Assembly (NCBI RefSeq): GCF_006345805.1
Contig: NC_042999.1
Span: forward strand, 57,598,001 to 57,662,000
DNA: 64,000 nt
DNA from: Octopus sinensis
Lineage: Eukaryota
Direction: 5' to 3'
Below, one piece after another: positions 35,918 through 45,439 of the stretch. The translations under genes were made by a program, and so were the position numbers. Position 1 is the first letter of the stretch, and every line of letters starts with the position of its first letter. Under the pieces are notes generated by a model. It was not told the DNA's origin. It was given only the letters and a program-made list of their open reading frames with translations, and made no database searches.

Positions 35918-38208
35918 CACCAAACAAGCAGGAGGAACCAAAAGTAATAAAAATTATTAATCTAACTCACAAGGAACTAACAGCAAACCAAATAAACATA
36001 CTTTCCAAAGGACTCAAGTTTACACCCACCCCACAACACCCCAACTACAATGAAATGAAAGAAGACATCGCAGAATTCTGCAGAAAATTAAGACTTACTG
36101 AGGAGCTATACGATAAATACAACAAGGACGAATCGTTAGCCAGAAATAGGAGTAACTACACCCCCTCGAAAGGTAAGAATAAAACACTTGATGATTTCTG
36201 TGACCACATATCAAATTACCCATATCAACATATGCACAAACAAAAACACAAACCAAACTTCAGCAAAAAAGAATGGGCTGAGTTGAACAAATTAAAACTA
36301 GATAAAACAATAACAATCAAAGAGGCCGATAAAGGGAGTGCTGTTGTCTTAATGGATACGACATTTTACATAACTTTGGTACTTTCTATGCTGGAAGACA
36401 CAACATACTATGAAAAGGCACAAAACTACAGTCAACAAAAAATAATGAGGGAACTAAAATCCATATTAAACCCATACAAAGCAGGGCTCACCGACAAAGA
36501 ATATGATTATATGACCAATTTCACAAGTAAAACTAGCCAATTCTACGGTATACCTAAGATCCACAAAAGTGAAAAAATAAGCAACGCATGCAAGATAGCT
36601 ACAGACAAAATAATTAAAGTCCCTAATCCTAATGACCTCAAATTGAGACCCATAATAGCAGGTCCTGCATGCGAAACCCACCGCCTCAGTAACTTTTTAG
36701 ACACCCTGTTAAAACCACTCCTCAAACATGTCAAAAGCTATATAAGGGACGACTTAGATATGCTCAATCACCTACCGAATACTATAAACAAAAACACCAT
36801 ACTGGTATCCTTCGATGTAGTCAACCTCTACTCCAATATCCCCCACAACCTAGGACTAGAGGCAATCCAATTCTGGCTAGAGAATCACGCCAACGAACTA
36901 CCACACCGCATCAAAAAAGAATTTGTGATAGAAGGGGTTAAATTCATCCTGGAAAATAACTTCTTCGCCTTCAATGACAACTTCTACCGACAAAAATCGG
37001 GGACTGCGATGGGTACACGAATGGCACCCTCCTTTGCCAACCTAGTCATAGGATACCTAGAGATCAGTCTGTATCGTAAGGTTCTAGAAAGATATGGCAG
37101 CCCTTTCTCCATCTACATAGAAAACAACTGGAAGAGATACCTAGATGACTGTTTCATCCTTTGGCATAAAAATATAGAAAAACTCATAGAATTCCAGAAA
37201 ATTTTAAACGGACTGGACGTAAACATCCAATTCACGATGGAATATAGTCAACAACAACTCCCCTTCCTCGATATCCTCATTAAGAAAGCTAATAGTATAA
37301 TAGAAACAGACATATACTATAAGCCTACAGACTCTAAGCAATATCTTCCATTCAATTCATGCCACCCCAGACACACCAGGATGAATATCCCCTTCAATCT
37401 AGCAAAAAGGATATGCACTATAGTCTCTAACGCAAACACCAGAGACACACGACTACAAGAACTAAAAGATACCCTAATCACCAGGAACTATCCACCTTCA
37501 CTTATTGACAAGTGCATTCAACGTGCCCTTCAACTTAACATCAAGGAACTGAGACATCCCAAATCAAAGAAAAACTTACAACCAAAAGCCTTACCATACA
37601 TCTCCACACACAACCCTCTCAATAACGAAGCCTTCGACACCATCCTCCACAACATACCCCTCCTAAAAAAAGACCACAGAATGAACACAATCCTCCAAAC
37701 ACACACGATCATAAAAAGCAAAAGACAGCCTAGATCCATGAAAAGTCTCCTTACACAAGCCCGAATTCACTCTTCAACACAGAAGCCGACAGTAAAAAAA
37801 TGTGGAAGACCCAACTGCGGGATATGCGACTATCTAATCGAGGGTTCTGAGTTCTCCTTCAAACAGGGACAACGGTTTACAGTGAAAAGCAACTTCACAT
37901 GTGCTTCGGAGAACCTAATATACTCACTAACCTGCTCCGGGTGTCAAGAGCAGTACATAGGCCAAACAAAAAATGGTTTGCGTAAACGAATGGCCCTGCA
38001 CAGATCCCAGATAAAAATTCCCCAAAACAGAAAAATAGCTTTTAGCCAACACATAGATACTTGCGCCAACAAAAAAACACCAAACTTCAGAATTTTCCCC
38101 CTCTACCAATTTAGGGACGATACAACCTCGAGACAACGAATAAGTAAAGAAAATCTCTTTATTACAAAATACAAGCCACTTCTTAACGGGTCTACGACAA
38201 ACAATTAA
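35884..38208 (+). CDS. PLE ORF2: reverse transcriptase + Cys-rich linker + GIY-YIG endonuclease (frame open from 35854; first ATG at 36055)
   Basis: IINL...LSKGLKFTPTP N-terminal motif, LRPIIAG, LVSFDVVNLYSNIP, GTAMGTRMAPSFANL, RYLDDCF, LPFLDIL, CGRPNCGIC...CSGC (Neptune-type Zn knuckle), NLIYSL...YIGQT. No internal stop. Confidence 0.95.
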   Translation, partial: RPNTQTQRHKIAPNKQEEPKVIKIINLTHKELTANQINILSKGLKFTPTPQHPNYNEMKEDIAEFCRKLRLTEELYDKYNKDESLARNRSNYTPSKGKNKTLDDFCDHISNYPYQHMHKQKHKPNFSKKEWAELNKLKLDKTITIKEADKGSAVVLMDTTFYITLVLSMLEDTTYYEKAQNYSQQKIMRELKSILNPYKAGLTDKEYDYMTNFTSKTSQFYGIPKIHKSEKISNACKIATDKIIKVPNPNDLKLRPIIAGPACETHRLSNFLDTLLKPLLKHVKSYIRDDLDMLNHLPNTINKNTILVSFDVVNLYSNIPHNLGLEAIQFWLENHANELPHRIKKEFVIEGVKFILENNFFAFNDNFYRQKSGTAMGTRMAPSFANLVIGYLEISLYRKVLERYGSPFSIYIENNWKRYLDDCFILWHKNIEKLIEFQKILNGLDVNIQFTMEYSQQQLPFLDILIKKANSIIETDIYYKPTDSKQYLPFNSCHPRHTRMNIPFNLAKRICTIVSNANTRDTRLQELKDTLITRNYPPSLIDKCIQRALQLNIKELRHPKSKKNLQPKALPYISTHNPLNNEAFDTILHNIPLLKKDHRMNTILQTHTIIKSKRQPRSMKSLLTQARIHSSTQKPTVKKCGRPNCGICDYLIEGSEFSFKQGQRFTVKSNFTCASENLIYSLTCSGCQEQYIGQTKNGLRKRMALHRSQIKIPQNRKIAFSQHIDTCANKKTPNFRIFPLYQFRDDTTSRQRISKENLFITKYKPLLNGSTTNN

Positions 38209-38339
38209 TATACCTCAACTTTAGAATAAAAGAAAAAAATATATATACACACACAAATACTACACTCCATAGAATCCATTACTAATCAGCCCCTTCATAG
38301 CTATATTTACACCCATTCATATTCTCCCTTCTCTGTTTT

Positions 38340-38530
38340 TTTCTTCCTCTTCTTCTTCATCATCATCATTATCATCATCATCGGCGTCATCATCACCACC
38401 ATCTTCTCCTTCTTCTTCTTCTTCTTCATCATCATCATTATCATCATCATCGTCGTCATAATCATCACCACCATCACCATCATCGTCATCTTCTCCTTCT
38501 CCTTCTTCTTCTTCTTCTTCTCCTTCTTCT
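38340..38530. repeat. (CTT)n/(CAT)n compound microsatellite in the PLE 3' UTR (mirrored at 32835-33045)
   Basis: Direct reading. Confidence 0.9.
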
Positions 38531-38686
38531 ACTTCTCCACCCCCTACCCCTTAACTTTGTCACTAATGTTTTTTAGTATAACACCTACGCTAATTCTATA
38601 AACAAGCCTGTCAATATAAATATTCTCCTGAATTGAACTGAGACTGCCAGCCGCCACTGACCATTCAAAATATGACCATCAGGGCA

Positions 38687-39014
38687 CTCCCAGATTCTCC
38701 CACCCCCCTTTCCTCACCAGCCTTCCCTCTACTACCCTACCAAGAACTCACAACTACCTCGAACACACAAGTGCAAACAAGGGAGTCAGAGAAAGGCAGA
38801 ATGCCACTTAAATCTGAACACTACTATAGAAATATTCTTTTAAAAAAACTTTTCTTCTAATTTTTCTAAATTTAATTATTTAATCGTTACAGTTGAAAAG
38901 GTCTCAAAATGACCGAAACCGGTACTGAAATGTTCACTATAAAATTATTTTAGCATTTTCTATTTTTGACTTGTTTTTTCATATATATCAACTCGTGTGT
39001 TCCTTTTCACCCTT

Positions 39015-39021
<7 letters not shown>
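38687..39021 (+). repeat. 3' pLTR of the PLE
   Basis: Direct repeat of 34321-34655, followed by (TA)n. Confidence 0.93.
38883..38934 (+). ncRNA. Type I hammerhead ribozyme, U3-A8 variant (3' pLTR)
   Basis: Same sequence as 34517-34568; predicted cleavage after 38924. Confidence 0.8.
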
Positions 39022-39072
<51 letters not shown>

Positions 39073-39212
39073 CTTCTATGTATGTATATGGAGAGTTAGT
39101 TATATATATGTGTGTGTACTAATTTTTTAAAACTAAACACTTTGAAATTTAAAGATCCTAATATATATATGTTCACGTGTATAAGAGTATCACGTAAGTA
39201 TATATCCGCATT

Positions 39213-40001
39213 GGATCTTTTCCTTTTGAACGGCACATGTCAACACAATTTCTAGTTAACTAAACACTTTTAAACTTCGTATACTGATAGAATGTGTTTA
39301 TAAAACATCATTTTTTCTTGGCTTTATTGAGAAAATTCTATATGTTGTAACATATTTCCACTTTAATTTCAAGCATTTCGGCAATTTTAACCAATCGCTG
39401 ACCTCCATTGACGTAAACAACATTCCGTGCTGTATGAATATGTCCTTCGTTTAAGAAACAGATTGGGTTTATTTACATTTGCGAAGAAAAAAATATACCC
39501 TTCCCCCACCCTAACCCTAAATCTAAAATAGATTGAAATGCAATAGATCGATACTAGGGTTATAATTATGGGTGACGATTTCATACGATACCGCTACGGA
39601 AAATGGGATTTTTTTCTAGCGGTGTCAAATGAAAATGTCACCCATAATTATAACCCTAGTATCGATCTATTGCGTTTCAATCTATTTTAGATTTAGGGTT
39701 AGTGGTGGGGGAAGGGTATCTTTTTTTCTTCGCAAATGTAAATAAACCCAATCTGTTTCTTAAACGAGGGACATATTCATACAGCACGGAATGTTGTTTA
39801 CGTCAATGGAGGTCAGCGATTGGTTAAAATTGCCGAAATGCTGGAAATTAAAGTGGAAATAGGTTACAACATATCGAATTTTCTCAATAAAGCCAAGAAA
39901 AAATGATGTTTTATAAACACATTCTACCAGTATACGAAGTTTAAAAGTGTTTAGTTAACTAGAAATTGTGTTGACATGTGCCGTTCAGAAGGAAAAGATC
40001 C
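39213..40001. mobile_element. Palindromic (foldback) MITE, Merlin-like: GG termini and 8-bp TSD
   Basis: ~385-bp near-perfect inverted arms with a ~15-bp spacer; termini GGATC...GATCC; direct repeat TCCGCATT at 39205-39212 and 40002-40009. Confidence 0.85.
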
Positions 40002-40115
40002 TCCGCATTTCACATGTATACATTCATCGAAGTGGAATTTACCGGTTAACTACTTTAAGATTCTATTGTATCTGGGGAGAGTCATTTTCTTTTTGTGCCT
40101 TATAATTTAATACAC

Positions 40116-42128
40116 TCACCGGTGTTGAGCCGTTACCAGTCTCTGCTCTTCTCTCTTTGTGGTAGCCCATGTTTCACTACCATATAACATTGCAGATAGA
40201 ACTGTACTGTTGATGAGGTTGGCGCGGGTGGTCCTGTCCAACCTTCCTTTGAGCACATCCCTTATGCCATTAAACGTCTTCCATCCGGCCCTTACTCTCC
40301 GTGAGATTTCCTTTTCGATATCTCGGCACATATTCACTTCCTGTCCCAGGTAGACATATTCCTTTATCTCCTCTATTTCATCACTGCCGATCACCAATCG
40401 ACCTGTTGGTACGTTGCCTGACCGCATGAACTTCGTTTTCATGCGGTTCATCTTGAGACCTACTGCAGAGCTTTTGATGTCAAGCTCCGTCAGCATGGTC
40501 TGAAGCTGATCCGTGGTTTCAGCGATGAGTACGATGTCGTCAGCGAAACGGAGGTGGGTGAGGAGCTCGCCATTGATGTTGACACTGCCTTGCCAGTCAA
40601 TGCCTCTGATGATCTGTTCGAGACATGCGGTGAAAAGTTTTGGGGAGATCGTATCTCCTTGCTTCACTCCCTTCTCGACAGGCACTCATACGGGTGATGA
40701 CAGTAGAGCTATGTCGGTGATGCATCTGGAATTTGCCTCCCTGAGCAGTTGCACATATTGCGCCTCGACTCCTTGCCTTTCCAGCGAGTTCAGCACTGCG
40801 TTGGTTTCCACGCTATCGAAGGCCTTCTCATAGTCTACAAACACAACGCAAAGAGGCAGCTTGTACTCATTCGCTGGCTCAAGCAGTTGTGTTAGAGTAA
40901 ATATATGGTCCATCGTGCTGTAGTTCTTCCGGAAGCCGGCTTGTTCCGTCGGTTGTTGTTCGTCGAGATGACGTGATAACCTGTTCAGAATTATCTTCAT
41001 GAACAGCTTGTACACGTGAGACAACAGGCATATGGATCGGTAGTTCTTTAGATCTTCTCTATTGCTCTTCTTATATAGCAGGATGGTATCTGACTCTTTC
41101 CACTGCGAGGGAATTCTTCCCTCGTCTAGATAGTGCGTAAATCGCTCAGCGAGGATTAGCACCTCCGATGTTATACCGTCTTTCCGTTTTCTATCAAGCC
41201 GATGGCTCTTTCAACCTCACTGACAAGGATAGGTGGCACATTTTCTTTCCGTTGGAGTGGTGGTAACGGCTGGACATTTCTGGTAGACTTAAAGAGCTTG
41301 GTGTAGAAGTCTTCGCAAACTTTTTCCATCTCGCTCTTATCGTTGACCGGTATTCCATCTGTATTCTTCAGGGCCGTCACCTCCGATCTATATAGTACCA
41401 TGTCCCTCTTGCATTTCTTGAGGCTCTTCTTTTCCTCCGCAGCCTCCAAGAGCTTCTCCATCCGGTATGTCTCAAAGTCATTCTTTAGTTGCTGACGAAT
41501 CACTCTGCTGAGAAGGGAATATTCAAAGTGATCTTCAATAGTCCTCATCATATTTTTCCTCTTCTCGAGTAATTTCGTAGTTTCTTCCGAGATTCTTCCC
41601 TTCTTTTCTCTTAGACATACTCCCTTAGCCTTCCTTAAACACTCCTTCAGTTTCCCCCAGAAATCCACTTACACTGTCGTGATGGGAGACTTCAACGCAA
41701 GGGTTGGACATGGACGACAAGGAGAGGAGTACGTCGGGAGATTCGGCATGGGAGAGAGAAACGAGAGAGGAGAACGTTTGGCTACCATGGCAGAGGTGAG
41801 GTAGCTCTACATCGGAAACAGCCTATTCAGGAAGAAGGAGAGGAAGAGATGGACCTGGATATCGCCGAACTCTAAGCACCGAAGCGAGTTCGACTACCTC
41901 CTGGTTGATAAGCAACGTATATTACATGACGTCTCCGCCGTAACGCCATTCAACACCGGCGGTGATCATCGTCTGCTGAGGGCGAGGGTCGTCATCGACG
42001 CGAAGAGGGAGAGGATGGCGCTGTATTTGGCGTCGAAGGGAAAACGTGTCCGAGTCTACAACGAGGCAAAGCTGCAGGAAGCCATCATGCAGGAAAACTG
42101 GTGCCAAATAGACGATGACTACAACTCA

Positions 42129-42134
<6 letters not shown>
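40116..42134 (-). mobile_element. RTE-1-like LINE with inverted 5' segment (RT on minus 40116-41656; endonuclease on plus 41657-42134)
   Basis: Minus: VDYEKAFDS, KGVKQGDTISPKLF, HLRFADDIVL, YGSETW. Plus: TVVMGDFNARVG...RWTWISPN...GGDHRLL...DDDYNSLI. Confidence 0.9.
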
Positions 42135-42175
<41 letters not shown>

Positions 42176-42220
42176 AGACGATGACTACAACTCACTGATA
42201 TATATATATATATATATATA

Positions 42221-42396
42221 CCGGAGTAAACACATAAATGTGAAACAAGGTGGGAAAAAGAGTACTCAAATACCAGTGGTAGAGTAATATGCTTTATTTT
42301 AAGCAGCAGAAAATTCTAGCAAAAACTGTCTGATGAACGGCAACGAGAAACTCAGAGTAACAGATTTTGTTGAATTTTCTGCTGCTTAAAATAAAG
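42221..42396 (+). mobile_element. Solo PLE pLTR fragment folded back on itself, between (TA)n tracts
   Basis: ccggagtaaacacataaatg...gagtaatatgctttatt is shared with 44810-44890; 24-bp perfect inverted repeat 42292-42315 / 42373-42396. Confidence 0.7.
42320..42372 (+). ncRNA. Canonical-core type I hammerhead motif
   Basis: ctgt-CTGATGA-a.cg.GCAA.cg.a-GAAA-CTC.A.GAG-TA-acag. Stem III ACTC-A-GAGT, GUA triplet (cleavage after 42359); the first stem II pair is an A-A mismatch. Confidence 0.7.
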
Positions 42397-42673
42397 TATA
42401 TATATATATATATATATATCCACTAAACATTTTGTTCATCGCGGTATCGCTTGTTTCCCATTCATCGCTCCACACCTGTCGTTTGTTCGCTTATAAACAT
42501 ACCTGTCCACTTAACGACTAACCTCCTACTTCATTGTTGGACAAAAGAAAAAATTAATAAAATAATAAAATTGTCTGTAGCAACACTTATACCAGCATAT
42601 AAAATGCATCTTTTTTAATGGCCGTGTGTCTAAAACAAAAGTTTTTAAAAATTCAGAAAATAAAATAACCTAC

Positions 42674-42698
42674 CGAGTACATTATAGACTCCTTCCAT
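42674..42698 (-). CDS. TGDS: Candidate TGDS first coding exon (MEGVYNVL-V)
   Basis: aaagtATGG context; ATG GAA GGA GTC TAT AAT GTA CTC G|gtaggt ends in phase 1, as required by the 28304 exon, and gives an N-terminus of similar length to vertebrate TGDS. Sequence similarity alone cannot confirm it. Confidence 0.4.
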
Positions 42699-42810
42699 AC
42701 TTTCTTTTTTTTTTTTTTTCAAGGCATAGAACAGATCAAAATAGATTTATAAGGGAGATAAGTTGAATTACTAAAAGTGATTCTTTTTTTACTTTACTTT
42801 TATTTTTAGA

Positions 42811-43197
42811 CTAGCAGTATAGCCCGGCTTGCTCGGGTTTGTTTCGACTCTTTAGAATTGGAATTTTTGAAAAGTAAATATTTTGCATTATGTAGCTTGT
42901 TATTCTCTTTACGTGAACATTTTTCTGGTTGAAATACACCGAAAAATGGCGATACAGCAGTCAAAAAATCGTAAAAAACGGATTTTCATAGAAAAAAAAA
43001 CACCTTTTTGATGTAAATAATTTTTGGTGTTAACATTGTCCGATTTGAATTTTTTCTTCTACGGAAGGAAGAGCAAGCCTTCTATCACACTCTCAATTTT
43101 GGTCAACTTGCGCCGCAGGGTCTCGGAGGAGATAGTGTTAGTTGAAGGCTACCAAACCTGCCATACATAGACAACTTCAGCTTTATATATAGAGAGA
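42811..43197 (-). mobile_element. Non-autonomous Helitron
   Basis: Minus strand TCTCTCTATATATAAA ... cccgagcaagccgggc hairpin + CTAG, in an A|T site; family of 16226-16525. Confidence 0.8.
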
Positions 43198-43589
43198 TTG
43201 TAGCCTTGCTGAGACATCACTTCAAAGATTTAGTCGAACATATCGATCCCAGTAACTTAATTTTACATCTGGTTCTTAATCTATCGGCCTCTTTTCTTTA
43301 ATTAAGTTTAAGAAAGGTAAACACGTAGCGGTGGAAAATAATCACAATACACAGGCACATACACCTTCTCACTTATAAATTCAGTGAAAATAGGAAAGTT
43401 CACTGCAAGCATTTTTGCCGCAGGAAAATTCGCTTCAGAATTTTTGGCCGTAAGAAAGTTCGCCGCATAACAAAACAAAAGATGAGTTGCTCCCGTTGAT
43501 ATATAATAGTTTCAACCAATGAGAAGGTGTAGAGCAACTGGATCTAGTTAACTTCATTCGCAAAATCAGCCCCCTTTAATTTTGCGGTC

Positions 43590-44470
43590 AAACTAAAGGG
43601 TTTGATCCGAGCAAAAAAGGAGAAGGTGTAAAATAGCTTGCTCTAAACGAATACGAAGAAAAAAATGCGCGCTCGCGAACGGGGATGGGTGGGGGAGAGG
43701 ACTCGGAAAATTCACATTGTGAATGTTCCGAGTCGTCTCACCACAGCCAAAAATAAAAACAAAAATAGTGTAATTGGTGTAAAACAATTTGGGCAAGACT
43801 GTCGCCCGTTCCCCCCACACCCCAAAAAACCCACCCTTTTCTTAATTTTTTTTTCCGACACAAACCCCACTTTTCGGCTACGGGGAATACGAATCTGCAA
43901 AAAATTGGCAAAATCGGTATTTTCAAATTACCCCTACCCAATTTCCTTCATTTAAAACTTTTTTCAGCCCCCCCCCCAAAAAAAAATGCGGAAAAACACG
44001 GAGATTATGATTCTGAAAAAATTTTCCAAAAATTTTTTTAAAAGTTTTTTTCGTTTCTTAATATGCGAGAAAATATGAACATTATGATTCGGACAAAAAT
44101 TTCAAAACATTTCTGTAGTTACGGTTAGGGTTAGGGTTATGGAAAAAAGTGTTGGGGAAAAAGTCAAAATTGAAGAATTGAGCAGGGTGGGAATTAAAAA
44201 TGTCGATTTTTGGCAGTATCCGAAAACGGAGGTTTTGGGCGGGAAAAAATTTAAAAAATAAACAAATGTGGGAGAAAATGGGAGGGGGGAACGAGCGGAA
44301 GTCATTCCACAACTTGCTCTAAACGAATATGAAACAAAAATGCGCACTCGTGAACGGGGCGGGGAGAGGACTCGGAAAATTTATATCGAAAATTCATGAC
44401 CTTTAAACTCTAGTGTTTGACCCGAGCAGAAAAATTTTTTTTAAATAGTGTAATAGGTGTATAACAACAT
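43590..44470. repeat. Dispersed repeat built of ~170-bp units (cttgctctaaacgaata...ggactcggaaaatt...gtttgacccgagc)
   Basis: Units at ~43590-43730 and ~44310-44460; the same unit occurs twice in tandem and inverted at 48130-48420. Confidence 0.65.
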
Positions 44471-44907
44471 GCCCTTTAAACTCCAGTGTTTGCCCAAGGT
44501 GCCATGCAATGGGACTGTACCCAGAACCGTATGGTTGGGAAGAATATACATTTTCTTTCGGGAAAAAATCAGATCGGGTGAATTGTCCTGTTCCTCTCCT
44601 CACCCTGTTTGCCAATAAGTGCTTTCAACCATAGCCTCAGGCCGACCAATGCGTCCTAGAGGCCGAAGGTGGCATTTCAAACTAAACCTTATCTAGTCTA
44701 TAAAGGAAGATGAAAATAAAAATTTGCGCACAAAATTTTTACAATTTTTCTTCTACAATTCTTCTTCGAAGAGTATATGTTTGTAAGCCATTCAAGAACA
44801 TGCACACACATACCAGAGTAAACACATAAATGCAAAACAAGGTGGAAAAAATAGTATTTGAATACAAGAGGTAGAATAATATGCTTTATTAAAAAGCATC
44901 AAAAATA

Positions 44908-44962
44908 TCACAAAACTTGTTACTTAGAGTTTCACGTTCTCGTCAGTCGCATAGTTTTGTGA
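44908..44962 (-). ncRNA. Decayed hammerhead motif in a pLTR of the same family as 42221-42396
   Basis: Minus: tcacaaaact..CTGACGA-gaacgt-GAAA-ctctaagta-acaagttttgtga; stem II partly deleted. Confidence 0.5.
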
Positions 44963-45439
44963 AGAGGGTTGCTAGAAACCCAGCAGGATTAAAAACAAGA
45001 CCTGTTGAAAGGTCGGATGAACCTAGTGCAGGCTGAACGGCTATCTAGCAATAGCCCGGGTACGCAGAAATTCCGGGATGGTGTCCAGCGTGTTGAAAAA
45101 CCACTGGGAGTGTGATACCCCTCAGCTTCTGTTGAAGCATGTCACTAGGAGGTCACTCTCGAATAAAAGCAGATATGCAGGGAATGGTATTGAACATTTT
45201 GGGGATCATTGGTTTGTGCTAGAGATCATGGCGCTCCAACCTCCCTGAGCCTGCGACTCATATTGGCACCAGACATCTTGCTTCGGCTTGTCTCTGGATA
45301 ATGTCACTAGAGGTAAGAGGGTCTATGAGGTGCCATGCAAGCCTTATTGAACTTAAAACTCTGCACAGGCATTGCTGACCTCTGCTCGATATGTGATTTT
45401 TGGGTTTTTTGTTCTTCCCTATATATATTTTATTTTTAA

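Larger units (their letters stand above)
32383..39021 (+). mobile_element. Young, apparently intact Neptune-type Penelope-like element with a 5' inverted partial copy
   Basis: Inverted arm 32383-34322, 5' pLTR 34321-34655, ORF1, RT/GIY-YIG ORF2, (CTT/CAT)n 3' UTR, 3' pLTR 38687-39021. Both ends abut (TA)n tracts. Confidence 0.95.

Noticed and set aside
42503-42545. Minus-strand donor cag|gtatgt as a TGDS first exon
   Set aside because: In the required phase there is an upstream TGA and no ATG.
44121-44138. ttagggttaggg telomere-like motif (also ccctaaccctaa near 39507)
   Set aside because: Only two units, internal to dispersed repeats; not an interstitial telomere array.
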